Shown: positions 1 through 9,094 of the stretch, piece by piece
Position numbering within the stretch: position 1 is the stretch's first letter
Layout: every line of letters starts with the position of its first letter
Source: Myxococcota bacterium
GTDB lineage: Bacteria; Myxococcota_A; UBA796; SXON01
Direction: 5' to 3'
Assembly: GCA_040386535.1 (NCBI GenBank)
Contig: JAZKFH010000005.1
Location: 247,365-311,364 of the forward strand
Length of the DNA stretch: 64,000 nt
Program-made: the position numbers and the translations under genes
Notes under the pieces: model-generated
Told to the model about the DNA's origin: nothing
Seen by the model: the letters and a program-made list of their open reading frames with translations, nothing else
Database searches by the model: none

Positions 1-1112
1 GCCTGGCCGAGGCGAAGTTCGCGGACCTGGATGGGGACGGGCAGCAGGAGATCGTCGTCCCCTACTTCGGGTTCCGTGTGGGTCAGGAGCAGGAGACGCT
101 GCGCGATCAGCAGGGTCAGGGCCGGGGTCAGGGCCAGGGTCAGGGTCAGCAGGGCCGGCAAGGCTCGCAGGACGACCAGCGCGAGGAGCCGCGCCAGCAG
201 CCGATGGGCGATCAGGCCTGCGGGGTGCTCGCGTACGACCTCGACGGCAACCTGCTCTGGCAGAAGGACATGGCCGACTGTGACATCAGCCAGATCGCGG
301 TGGGTGACAGCGACGGCGACGGCATCGACGAGATCGCGTACGGCGACCTCGGGCGCAACGCGCCGTACCACCTGGCGCTCCTCGACGGCGAGGGAGAGGT
401 CCGGTGGGACATCACGTCGGAGGGTGACGACGCCGTCTGGATCGAGATCATCGACGGGGGTGTGGCCTTCGGCGGGCGCAGCGACCAGGAGGATGGGCAC
501 GTGACCGTCCTCGATGCGCAGGACGGCCAGGAGCGCTGGCGGATGGACGCCGGCAGTGCGGGCGACGAGGTCCCGGAGATGGAGGACTCGCCGTTCGGGG
601 CCTTCGCCGGATCGCTGTTCGGGTACGAGATCGACGACGTGAACGGCGATCGGATGGCCGATCTGGCGTACACCACCGCGAACGGCGACGTGCGCGTGGT
701 CGATGGCATGAACGGCGAGCCGATCTGGGAGGGCTCGCTCAAGGACGCCGCCCAACAGTCGCGCGACGATCGGGGAGACATGGACCAGGACCGGGACGTG
801 GCGGACCTGGTGGGCGGCCCGTTGACCTACGTGCCCGGCACGGAGGGGGCCCCCGGGTTGCTGGTGGTGACGGGCTACGACTTCCAGAACCTCGGTTCGG
901 AGGCCTTCGCCTTCTCGGTCGACACCGGTGACGTGCTGGGTTCCCTGCCGGTCGACGGCTTCGTGGTGGGCGTCGAGCCGACCACGTGGGGACGCGGGGA
1001 GAACGGGATCTCCATCACGACGATGTACGACACCTACGGGCTGGATGTCGGGGAGTCCCGGCAGGACAACCGCCCGCAGGCCCGCGAGGACGATGGCCTG
1101 AACCGCGACTGA
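1..1112 (+). CDS. FG-GAP/PQQ-like beta-propeller repeat protein (5' end outside window)
   Basis: Frame is open from nt 3 (LAEAKFADLDGDGQQEIVV). Repeated DxDGDGxxEI/DL Ca-binding motifs plus PQQ-like 'LDAQDGQERWR' and 'VDGMNGEPIW'. Confidence 0.7.
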   Translation, partial: LAEAKFADLDGDGQQEIVVPYFGFRVGQEQETLRDQQGQGRGQGQGQGQQGRQGSQDDQREEPRQQPMGDQACGVLAYDLDGNLLWQKDMADCDISQIAVGDSDGDGIDEIAYGDLGRNAPYHLALLDGEGEVRWDITSEGDDAVWIEIIDGGVAFGGRSDQEDGHVTVLDAQDGQERWRMDAGSAGDEVPEMEDSPFGAFAGSLFGYEIDDVNGDRMADLAYTTANGDVRVVDGMNGEPIWEGSLKDAAQQSRDDRGDMDQDRDVADLVGGPLTYVPGTEGAPGLLVVTGYDFQNLGSEAFAFSVDTGDVLGSLPVDGFVVGVEPTTWGRGENGISITTMYDTYGLDVGESRQDNRPQAREDDGLNRD

Positions 1113-1139
1113 AGCGCCTTCTGGGCGCCACGAGAGACC

Positions 1140-1185
1140 AGGGCCCCGCCCGTCGGCATGCCGGCGGCGCGGGGCCCTCTGCTTT
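1140..1185 (+). terminator. Probable intrinsic terminator
   Basis: AGGGCCCCGC...GCGGGGCCCT stem just after the stop at 1112, followed by CTGCTTT. Confidence 0.5.
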
Positions 1186-1225
1186 CCGGGGCGTGCGTTC
1201 CGGGGCGTGCGTTCCGGAACGTGCT
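1184..1225. repeat. 3 x 14-bp tandem repeat (TTCCGGGGCGTGCG)
   Basis: Two exact copies at 1184 and 1198; degenerate third copy TTCCGGAACGTGCT at 1212. Confidence 0.75.
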
Positions 1226-1282
1226 AGGAGAACCCGTTCCCGAGGACCTCCTGGCCGCCCCTTCGCACCCCCGTTGTCCGCG

Positions 1283-2002
1283 ATGACGGCGGCCGCGCTC
1301 GCCGCGCTCTGGGCCTCGCTGGCACCCTCCGTCGCGACCCAAGCCACCTTTGCCCCCCCTCCCCTGGACGCGAAGGTCTGGGAGGAGGTCGCGTCGGGCA
1401 AGGTGGCCCGCCGCACGTTCCCCGGCGAGCCCGCGACCGTGCTCGGCGTGGGCGTGCTCGACATGACACGGGAGGAGGCCTGGCTCTCGATCACCGACGA
1501 TCGGCTCTCGGCCGAGATCGAGAGCCTCACCGAGGTCGCGTTGCAGGGCGCCTGGGCGGCTCCCAAGCGCCTCTACCAACGCCTGGATCTCCCCTGGCCT
1601 CTCAATGACCGCCATTGGGTCATCGCGCTGACAAACAATGCGCGGCTCGCGGCAGCCTCGGGGGTGTGGGAGCGGGCATGGACACTCCGGACCGACCTGC
1701 TCGCCGACGCGCGGGCCCGCACCGAAGCCGACCGCTTCGACGCCGCGGAGACCGTGACCGTCAACGAGGGCGGCTGGCTGCTCGTTCCGCTCGAGGACGG
1801 AGACACGCTCGCCGTGTACCAGGCGCGCGCGACGCTCGGGGGTGCGATCCCCGACGGGGCGGTCGACAGCTACACCCGGTCGTCCATGACCGGGCTGTAC
1901 GCGGGCGTCGAGCGCAACGCGGCCAAGGTACGCGTACGCTATTCGGAGGGGTGTACGCCCCAACCGGGCGCGGATGGCGCGCCGATTCCGTGCTTTCGCT
2001 GA
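1283..2002 (+). CDS. Secreted START/SRPBCC-domain lipid-binding protein
   Basis: Signal-like N-terminus; 'LDLPWPLNDRHWV' and 'GGWLLVPLEDGDTLAVYQARATLGGAIP' are typical START-domain motifs. Confidence 0.65.
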   Translation: MTAAALAALWASLAPSVATQATFAPPPLDAKVWEEVASGKVARRTFPGEPATVLGVGVLDMTREEAWLSITDDRLSAEIESLTEVALQGAWAAPKRLYQRLDLPWPLNDRHWVIALTNNARLAAASGVWERAWTLRTDLLADARARTEADRFDAAETVTVNEGGWLLVPLEDGDTLAVYQARATLGGAIPDGAVDSYTRSSMTGLYAGVERNAAKVRVRYSEGCTPQPGADGAPIPCFR

Positions 2003-2005
2003 CGA

Positions 2006-2248
2006 TCAACCGACGGGGACGCCCCGCGCCCGCAAGCGCTTGAGCGCGGCCGAGAACGCGCCACGCGCTTGTTGGTAGGTGCGACGCTGACACACGACGG
2101 GCTCGGGCACATCCGTTGGGTCCCAATAGGACGCGGCATCGGGCGGAGCGGTCGACCAACGCGAGGACCCGTCACAGAAAATGTGGATCCAGCCGGTTGG
2201 GTGCTGTAGCAGCAGCGCGACAGCCTGCGCCTCGGCGAGTGGGTGCAT
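2006..2248 (-). CDS. Small hypothetical protein
   Basis: ORF MHPLAEAQAVALLL... with GGAGAG upstream; fills the gap between neighbouring genes. Confidence 0.4.
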   Translation of the reverse strand: MHPLAEAQAVALLLQHPTGWIHIFCDGSSRWSTAPPDAASYWDPTDVPEPVVCQRRTYQQARGAFSAALKRLRARGVPVG

Positions 2249-2294
2249 GAGCTCTCCGCGCCCACCATTACACGAATACGCGCACAATCAAGAC

Positions 2295-2615
2295 CTATGT
2301 CGCGCGGAACACGTCGACGAGCACGTCGCGGGGCCCCTTGGTGTTGAGCACCACCGACATCCCCGCCCGCCGGTGTCGCGCCCGCCCGCTCGCCGCGAGC
2401 GTCATCAGTACCCGTTGCACACGCTCCACCGCATGTCGCGCCGCGACCGTGGGATCTGCTCCGCCGGGGGCGAGCGCGGCGCGGGCCGCGGGGCTCAACC
2501 TGTCCCACACCTGCAGCGCGGTGTAGCCACCGCCCATCGCGAGGCGCACGCGCTCGCGCAGGCCGGGCGGCCGCAGCGCAGCCAGCACGGCCGCCTCCAC
2601 ATCGGGGTCGGTCAC
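2295..2615 (-). CDS. Hypothetical protein, possibly winged-helix-like
   Basis: Protein-like composition; helix pattern 'ERVQRVLMTLAASGRA' followed by beta-like segments. Confidence 0.45.
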   Translation of the reverse strand: MTDPDVEAAVLAALRPPGLRERVRLAMGGGYTALQVWDRLSPAARAALAPGGADPTVAARHAVERVQRVLMTLAASGRARHRRAGMSVVLNTKGPRDVLVDVFRAT

Positions 2616-2682
2616 GAGTGGGTCGCACCCGCGCGGCCGTGGCGCGCGCCCCCGTCCGACCGCCCTCGCCGTGCGATCGGGC

Positions 2683-2997
2683 TCAATACCGCGGCACCGT
2701 GGGATCGATCCGGAGGCTCCACGCCTCGATCCCTCCGCGCATGCTCATGGTCTCGAACCCCTCGCGCTCGAGCAGCACCGCCGCGTTGATCGAGCGGACC
2801 CCGGCATGGCAGTAGACCAGCACCGGCCGGCCCCGCTCGAGCTCATGGGCACGCTCCACCACCTCGTCGAGGGGCAGCAGCACGTCCCCCGGCAGGTGGC
2901 AGAGCTCGTGCTCCCATCCTTGCCGGCAGTCCACCAGCAGCGGCGGTGTCTCGCTCTCCAACAGCGCCTTCGCCTCTTCCACACTCACCTGACGCAT
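2683..2997 (-). CDS. Rhodanese-like sulfurtransferase
   Basis: LLVDCR...HLPG, active-site loop YCHAGVRS, 'MRGGIEAW', C-terminal 'IDPTVPRY'. Confidence 0.92.
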   Translation of the reverse strand: MRQVSVEEAKALLESETPPLLVDCRQGWEHELCHLPGDVLLPLDEVVERAHELERGRPVLVYCHAGVRSINAAVLLEREGFETMSMRGGIEAWSLRIDPTVPRY

Positions 2998-4043
2998 TAT
3001 CGAGACCCCGTCACAGTCCAGCTCTGGTTGGCACAATCGAAGCAGCCGCTCCCCACGAAGTCGGCCGAGAAGGTCCCCGCGAACGTCGTCATCGACGTGA
3101 ACGTGCCCGAGAACGTGTAGACCTCGGTGCAGCTCCCGCGCACCACCTGTTCGGCTTCGAAACTGGTGCTCGACGTGAACGTGCCATTCATTTCTCCGGG
3201 CTGGGCGCCGCTGCCGAGCACGTTGACCACGATGTCCGGTGACGAATCGGTGATGAGCACGCGGTCGAAGTTGATGGTGACCACCCCGAAGGTGCACGAA
3301 TAGGCGATCGTGTCGTCCAGGTTCCAGGTGTCGGTGTAGTCGGACACGCAGCCCTCGTCCACATCGCCGTCACAGTCGTCGTCCACCGCGTTGTCACACA
3401 CTTCGGTGCCGCCGGGGAACGCGCTCACGTCGGTGTCGTCACAGTCGTCACACTGCGTCCAACCGTCGGCGTCGAGGTCCGAACCATCCAACGTGGCAAC
3501 GTCACAATCGTCGTCCACGCCGTTACAGGCCGTCTCGGTGACACCCGGGCCCACCGCGGGATCCCCCTCGTTGCAGTCGTCGCAAGCGGTGGCGCCGTCC
3601 TCGTCCGCGTCCACCCCGTCGAGCGTGGCCGGGTCACAGTCGTCGTCGATGGTGTTGCAGGCGACCTCGAGCTTGCCCGGGTTCACATCGGGCTCGCCGT
3701 CCGCGCAGTCTTCGCACGCCGAGAAGCCATCCTCGTCCACGTCGTCGCCGTCGGGCGTCGCGTCGTCGCAATCGTCGTCCAGCCCGTTGCAGCCCACCTC
3801 GGCGACGCCGGGGCGGATGGCAGGGTCCGCGTCGTCGCAGTCCAGGTCGACCGCGGCGTAGGTGGCGGCGCAGTCTGGGTTGGTGCCGTCGAACGCGCCG
3901 TCCTGGTCGACGTCGAAGGGGGCGTCGACCGTGTCCTCCTGCTGCTGGAGGACACCGTCGCACTGGGCCTGTTTGGTGATGCCGATGTCGCTCGCGCATG
4001 CCACGAGCAGGAGCGGAAGGAGCTTGGGGGAGGAGCGGAACAT
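2997..4043 (-). CDS. Lipoprotein with Asp/Cys-rich putative metal-binding (MopE-related) repeats
   Basis: Lipobox LLVAC; about four repeats of DCDDxDPxxxPGxxExxCNxxDDDCD. Confidence 0.8.
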   Translation of the reverse strand: MFRSSPKLLPLLLVACASDIGITKQAQCDGVLQQQEDTVDAPFDVDQDGAFDGTNPDCAATYAAVDLDCDDADPAIRPGVAEVGCNGLDDDCDDATPDGDDVDEDGFSACEDCADGEPDVNPGKLEVACNTIDDDCDPATLDGVDADEDGATACDDCNEGDPAVGPGVTETACNGVDDDCDVATLDGSDLDADGWTQCDDCDDTDVSAFPGGTEVCDNAVDDDCDGDVDEGCVSDYTDTWNLDDTIAYSCTFGVVTINFDRVLITDSSPDIVVNVLGSGAQPGEMNGTFTSSTSFEAEQVVRGSCTEVYTFSGTFTSMTTFAGTFSADFVGSGCFDCANQSWTVTGSR

Positions 4044-4270
4044 GTGGCCACCTCGACGTCGGCCGCATGGTAGCACCGCGCGGTCCAGGGCCTCCGCCGT
4101 GGGCGCGCCGACCTCCCAGAGTGGGGCATGGATGCCCCACCGGGGCACGCTTGCCTCAGCGCAAAAAGGTCGTCCAGGGGCTTGATTCCCAGCTCCCCTC
4201 GACACATCTCATGCTACGCTGCGCGGCGCGGTGGGAGCTCCCCTTTCCGTCGCTCGCTCCGGAGGCTTGG

Positions 4271-5701
4271 ATGCGTCGCTCGATCCTGTTCGTCCCCCTG
4301 TTTGTCCTGGCTTGCACGCCCGACTACGACATCGGCGCTGTCAAGCCCGACGAAGATGGCGGCCCCCAGATCGAAGTGGATCCCACAGATCTCTTCTTTG
4401 GCACCGGCGCGGCGGGTGACGAGATCGCGCAGACCTTCACCATCACGAGCATCGGCTCCACCACCGCCTCCATCACCGAGGTCGTGATCGACGGCGCCGA
4501 GTTCGCGGTGACCAGCTTCTCCGCCGGCCGCCTCGAGGTCGACGAGTCGATGGACGTGGTCGTCACCTACACCGCCACGGGTGAGGAGGACTTCGGCACC
4601 GCCCAGGTCTTCAGCGACGACCTGGACTCCCCGCACACCGTCACCCTCAACGGCGGCGGGCTCGTGCCCGAGCTCGTGATCGACCCCGACGCGTACGACT
4701 ACGGCTACGTCGCCGTGGGCGAGAGCGCCTCGACCGAGTTCGCGCTCCGCAACGTCGGCGGCACCACGCTCGAGATCACGGCGCTGAGCCTCACCGAGTC
4801 CGTGTTCACCTACACGATCTCCGACGAGCTCCCCTTCCAGATCGAGCCGGGCGACGACAAGACCGTCACCGTCACCTTCGAGCCCGACGCGAGCGAGGTC
4901 TGGTCCGGCCAGCTCCAGGTCGGCAGCAACGACCCCGCCGGCATGAAGTTCGCCACGCTCGACGCGTCGGGCGCGGGTGACCAGCCGATCGCCGTCTGCT
5001 ACGCGAATCCCGACACCATCGAGGCGATCCACGAGGACGCGACCTGGTACGGGAACGACTCCTACGATCCCGCTGGCTACCGGATCACCGACTACACCTG
5101 GACCCTGACCTCGACCCCGAGCGGCTCGTCCGCCCGGATGCCGGGAGACGCAGGCGACGCCAACCGCCCCCGCTTCGTCCCCGATCTCGCCGGCACCTAC
5201 GAGGCCGAGCTGGTCGTGACGAACGAGCTCGGGGATCGCTCGGAGCCCTGCACCGCGACGCTCGAGGCCATCCCCGGCGGTGACCTGTGGATCGAGATCT
5301 TCTGGACCCACAGCGGCGACGACATGGATCTCCACCTGCTCAAGCCGGGCGGCTCGCTGGTGGGCAATGGGGACTGCTACTACGGCAACTGCGCCGGCAG
5401 CTTCTCCAGCCTGGACTGGGGCGTGCGCGGAGATCCGGATGACGACCCGGTCCTCGACATCGACGACATCCCCGGCACCGGCCCCGAGAACATCAACATC
5501 GACGACCCGCAGGACGGCACCTTCACGGTGTACGTGCACGACTACCCGGGCTCCGTGTACAACGGCAACAACGACGTCACGATGAACATCTACATCGGCG
5601 GCCTGTTGGAGTGGACCGACACCCGGAACGTGAATGACGAGGATCTGTACGCGCCCTTCGCCGAGATCGAGTGGCCGGACGGGATCGTCACGGATCTCTG
5701 A
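4271..5701 (+). CDS. Surface lipoprotein with Ig-like (choice-of-anchor D/ASH and PKD-like) domains and a YfaP/DUF2135-like C-terminus
   Basis: GGAGG RBS; lipobox FVLAC; 'YDYGYVAVGESASTEFALRNVG', 'YTWTLTSTPSGS', 'W..SGDDMDLHL', 'LDIDDIPGTGPENINI'. Confidence 0.75.
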   Translation: MRRSILFVPLFVLACTPDYDIGAVKPDEDGGPQIEVDPTDLFFGTGAAGDEIAQTFTITSIGSTTASITEVVIDGAEFAVTSFSAGRLEVDESMDVVVTYTATGEEDFGTAQVFSDDLDSPHTVTLNGGGLVPELVIDPDAYDYGYVAVGESASTEFALRNVGGTTLEITALSLTESVFTYTISDELPFQIEPGDDKTVTVTFEPDASEVWSGQLQVGSNDPAGMKFATLDASGAGDQPIAVCYANPDTIEAIHEDATWYGNDSYDPAGYRITDYTWTLTSTPSGSSARMPGDAGDANRPRFVPDLAGTYEAELVVTNELGDRSEPCTATLEAIPGGDLWIEIFWTHSGDDMDLHLLKPGGSLVGNGDCYYGNCAGSFSSLDWGVRGDPDDDPVLDIDDIPGTGPENINIDDPQDGTFTVYVHDYPGSVYNGNNDVTMNIYIGGLLEWTDTRNVNDEDLYAPFAEIEWPDGIVTDL

Positions 5702-5775
5702 GCGCGCCGCTGGCGCTCCCGCCAGCGCGCCGATCCGTCGGGATTAAACCGGCGTGAAGGAAGGTACCCCAGCCC

Positions 5776-7878
5776 ATGAACAGCCCCGTCCGTCTGGCGA
5801 TCGGGCTGTTCCTGCTTTTGGCGGTGTCGTGGGGCGTGCTCCAGTTCGGGGCTGACCTGTACCCCGCGGCCGCCATCGCGCAGATGGCGGCCCCGGACAC
5901 CGGCGCCCTGCACCTCTCCGCCCTCGCCCTCTTGCTCGTGCAGATGGCGGTGATCCTCGCCGTGTCCCGGCTGACCGGGATCGGCTTCCGCCGCATCGGC
6001 CAGCCGCTCGTGGTGGCCGAGATCGTGGCGGGGATCCTCCTCGGCCCGTCGGGGCTCGGCGCCATCGCGCCGGACGTGCTCCTGGCCGTGTTCCCGCCCG
6101 AGGGCATGGACGCCCTCTCGGCGGTCAGCCAGCTCGGGCTCGTGCTCTTCATGTTCGTGGTGGGGCTCGAGTTCGACTTCGGGCTCGTGAAGAGCCGCGG
6201 CCCGCTGGCGCTGGTCATCAGCCAGTACGGCATGATCGTGCCGTTCCTGCTCGGGGGCCTGCTCGCGATCGGCCTGTACCCGGTGTTCGCGGACCCCGGC
6301 GTCCCGTTCGTCGCCTTCGGGATGTTCCTGGGCGCCTCGATGAGCGTCACCGCCTTCCCGGTCCTGGCCCGCATCCTCTCGGAGCGGGGGCTGATGCGCA
6401 CGCCGATCGGCGCGCTCACGCTGACGTGCGCGGCGGTGGGCGACGTCACCGCGTGGTGCCTGCTCGCGGTCACCATCGCGATCGTGCGCGCGGGCAGCCT
6501 GGGGATGGGGCTCGTGACCACCACGCTCGCCCTCGGCTTCGTCGCCCTGATGGTCGGTGCGCTCCGGCCGCTCCTGGCGCGCGTGGCGTCGCGCTACGGC
6601 ACCCTCGAGGACATGGGGCAGACCGCCGTGGCCGCCATCCTCCTGGCGCTCCTCGTGTGCGCGACGGTGGCCGAGGCCATCGGGATCCATGCGCTGTTCG
6701 GAGCCTTCCTGTTCGGCGTGGTCGTGCCGCGGCAGGGGCAGGTGGTGCGGGGGCTGGTGGAGCGCATCGAGGACGTGGTGGTGGTCCTCTTCCTGCCGCT
6801 GTTCTTCGCGTTCACCGGGCTGCGCACCGAGATCGGCCTCCTGTCCGGCGCGAACCTCTGGGGGTGGTGCGCGCTGGTGGTCGTGGTGGCGACGGTGGGG
6901 AAGCTCGCGGGCACCGCCATCCCCGCGCGGCTGGGTGGCCTGTCGTGGCGCGAGAGCGCAACGGTCGGGGTGCTCATGAACACCCGCGGCCTGATGGAGC
7001 TCGTGATCCTCAACATCGGGCGGGACCTCGGCGTGCTCTCTCCCACCCTGTTCACCATCCTGGTGATCATGGCGGTGGTGACCACGGTTGTCACCTCCCC
7101 GATCATCGGTTGGTTGCAGCCCCCCGAGCGCGTGCTCGCCCAGACCGCGGAGGCCTCACCACAGCCAAACGCCGTGCTGGCCTGTGTCGCCCATCCGGAG
7201 AGCGCGGTCGGGTTGGGCCGCATCACCGCGGCGTTGTGCCGGGGCACCGGGGCGCGGGGCTGGGCGCTCCGCCTCATCCCAATCGACGACCAGGCGACGA
7301 TGTTTCCCGAGGGGACGATGGCCGAGCCGGACGCCGCCGGGGAGAGCGCCGCCGACCTGCTTGCGGAGGAGGCGCGGCGACTGGGCGCGCCGGTGGAGGC
7401 GTTTGGATTCCGCTCGTCCGCGCCGGCCCGAGACATCGTGGCCGTGGCCGCGCTGAAGGAGGCCGACATCGTCTTGTTGGGCCTTCATCGTCCATTGATG
7501 GGCACCGCGTGGCTCGGGGGCCCCCTGCTCGAGATCACGCAGCGGGCCCGCCAGACCGTCTGCATGTTTCATGACACGGGCTTCGTGCGACCCGCGCGCG
7601 TGTTGCTTCTCCAGGGTGGTGACCACGCGGAAGCAGCGCGTGGCATCGCCGAGCGCATCGCGCGGGATCCGGCGGTTGAACTGGTGAAATTCGACCAGGG
7701 CCCGAGTGAGGCTGCCATCCTGGCGCTGCTCGCCGCGTCCGGGCGCTACGACCTGGTGGTTGTCAGCGTCGGGCCCGAGTGGGGATTGGCAATGAACGTG
7801 TTCGATGTACGGGTTCACCCGCTAGTCACCGGCCTCGCATGCTCGTTGCTCGCCGTCCATGGCGCAAACGACGCATAG
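5776..7878 (+). CDS. Cation/H+ antiporter (CPA2/Kef-like) with C-terminal USP-like domains
   Basis: 'GQPLVVAEIVAGILLGPS', 'SVTAFPVLARIL', 'GIHALFGAFLFG', 'LMNTRGLMELVILNIG'. Confidence 0.9.
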   Translation: MNSPVRLAIGLFLLLAVSWGVLQFGADLYPAAAIAQMAAPDTGALHLSALALLLVQMAVILAVSRLTGIGFRRIGQPLVVAEIVAGILLGPSGLGAIAPDVLLAVFPPEGMDALSAVSQLGLVLFMFVVGLEFDFGLVKSRGPLALVISQYGMIVPFLLGGLLAIGLYPVFADPGVPFVAFGMFLGASMSVTAFPVLARILSERGLMRTPIGALTLTCAAVGDVTAWCLLAVTIAIVRAGSLGMGLVTTTLALGFVALMVGALRPLLARVASRYGTLEDMGQTAVAAILLALLVCATVAEAIGIHALFGAFLFGVVVPRQGQVVRGLVERIEDVVVVLFLPLFFAFTGLRTEIGLLSGANLWGWCALVVVVATVGKLAGTAIPARLGGLSWRESATVGVLMNTRGLMELVILNIGRDLGVLSPTLFTILVIMAVVTTVVTSPIIGWLQPPERVLAQTAEASPQPNAVLACVAHPESAVGLGRITAALCRGTGARGWALRLIPIDDQATMFPEGTMAEPDAAGESAADLLAEEARRLGAPVEAFGFRSSAPARDIVAVAALKEADIVLLGLHRPLMGTAWLGGPLLEITQRARQTVCMFHDTGFVRPARVLLLQGGDHAEAARGIAERIARDPAVELVKFDQGPSEAAILALLAASGRYDLVVVSVGPEWGLAMNVFDVRVHPLVTGLACSLLAVHGANDA

Positions 7879-8032
7879 GTTCACTCGCATCGTTCAACGT
7901 CAGTTTCCCGTACCGACCGTCGTACGGACGGGCACGACGACGAAAGCTCGGCTCTTTGGTTTCGGGTATGGCATTTCGGGCCCCACTTCGGAGGGTGCCT
8001 GAGTTAGGCTCGCGGCGCCGATAGAGGTCACC

Positions 8033-8776
8033 GTGCCCGACAAATCCGTCCTTGCTGCCCATCGCAACCGTCTAGGAAAGGTCCCAGACCAGAAAATCGC
8101 CGATCAAGCGGGAGTGTCCCGCACGCTCGTCGTGAACTACCGAAAGAAGCTGGGCATCCCCGCGTACCAGGGCCACAAGGGCGTCGTGCCCGCGGCCAAG
8201 GCCGTGGTCCCCCCCCTCGATGACCGCCCGTTCCGCGGCCGTCGGTCGGCCCTCGACCCGTTCCGCCAGCAGCTGGGGACCGTGCCGGACTCCGAGATCG
8301 CGCGCCTCGCCGGCGTGACGGCCGAGAACGTTCGCACCTACCGCCAGCGGCGCCTCATCGCGCCCGCGTGGCAAGCGGGCGACGCGCTGGAAGAGGCCGC
8401 GCCGGTCACCCCCTCGCCCGCACCCACGGTGAGCGTGGCGTCCGTCGCCGCCCGTGTCACCCCGCCGGTCGATGCGCCCGTGCGCGCCAAGCGGGTGCGC
8501 GCGGCCGATCCCACGCCTGTCGCCGCCCCCGAGCCCCTCACCCGCACCGAGAATCGCGTGCTGCCGTTCGCGCCCACGCGCCCGGCGGCCGAATCCTCCA
8601 CCCTGGGCACCGCCTTCCTCGTCCTCGTGGACACGGACCAGGGCCCCCGGAGCTACGCGCTGTTGGCGCTGGACATCGCGGCGGCCGCAGCCGAGGCAGC
8701 CGCGCGGGTCCCCATGCGGCACCCGGACGGCACCATCCGCGCCATCCAGCGTGTCGCCGAGCTGCTCCCGACGTAG
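8033..8776 (+). CDS. Hypothetical DNA-binding protein with two tandem HTH repeats
   Basis: GAGG RBS; repeats LGKVPDQKIADQAGVSRTLVVNYRKKLGI and LGTVPDSEIARLAGVTAENVRTYRQRRLI; Pro/Ala linker. Confidence 0.7.
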   Translation: MPDKSVLAAHRNRLGKVPDQKIADQAGVSRTLVVNYRKKLGIPAYQGHKGVVPAAKAVVPPLDDRPFRGRRSALDPFRQQLGTVPDSEIARLAGVTAENVRTYRQRRLIAPAWQAGDALEEAAPVTPSPAPTVSVASVAARVTPPVDAPVRAKRVRAADPTPVAAPEPLTRTENRVLPFAPTRPAAESSTLGTAFLVLVDTDQGPRSYALLALDIAAAAAEAAARVPMRHPDGTIRAIQRVAELLPT

Positions 8777-8830
8777 TGCGGGCCGGGCCTCCCGCGGCCG
8801 CTCTGCGCGTCGCGGGAGGCCCTGGAGCCG

Positions 8831-9094
8831 CTAGCTGAACAAGCGCGCCCATTCCTGGGTGAGCAGCTCCTTGGACTCGGCGCGCATGTTGGTCTCCGCG
8901 TCGAACAAGAGGATCGCGGCGGCCCGCCGCAGCTCCTCGTAGGTCACCACGCGCCCGGGGCGCGGCTGCGCGACGAGCTGCTCGGTGAGGCGCTCCACCG
9001 CGGGCTCGTCGAGGTGCCCGAGGTCACGGAGCATCTCCAGGAAGTCCCCCGCGCGGGGATCGAGCTCGAGGTGTTGGATAGGCGAGCGGCTCAT
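8831..9094 (-). CDS. Short Smg/DUF494-like protein
   Basis: ATGA overlap with dprA stop; 'FLEMLRDLGHLDEPAVERL...VTYEELRRAAAILLF' resembles the Smg C-terminal half, in the usual smg position. Confidence 0.55.
   Translation of the reverse strand: MSRSPIQHLELDPRAGDFLEMLRDLGHLDEPAVERLTEQLVAQPRPGRVVTYEELRRAAAILLFDAETNMRAESKELLTQEWARLFS

Noticed and set aside
111..155. CAGGG(T/C) hexamer run encoding GQGRGQGQGQG
   Set aside because: Low-complexity in-frame linker in the propeller protein; no sign of a separate element.
7879..8032. Possible c-di-GMP-type riboswitch upstream of the tandem-HTH gene
   Set aside because: Has GAAA and TTCG loops but lacks the GGCAAA...GACGCAAAGC core; cannot be supported by eye.
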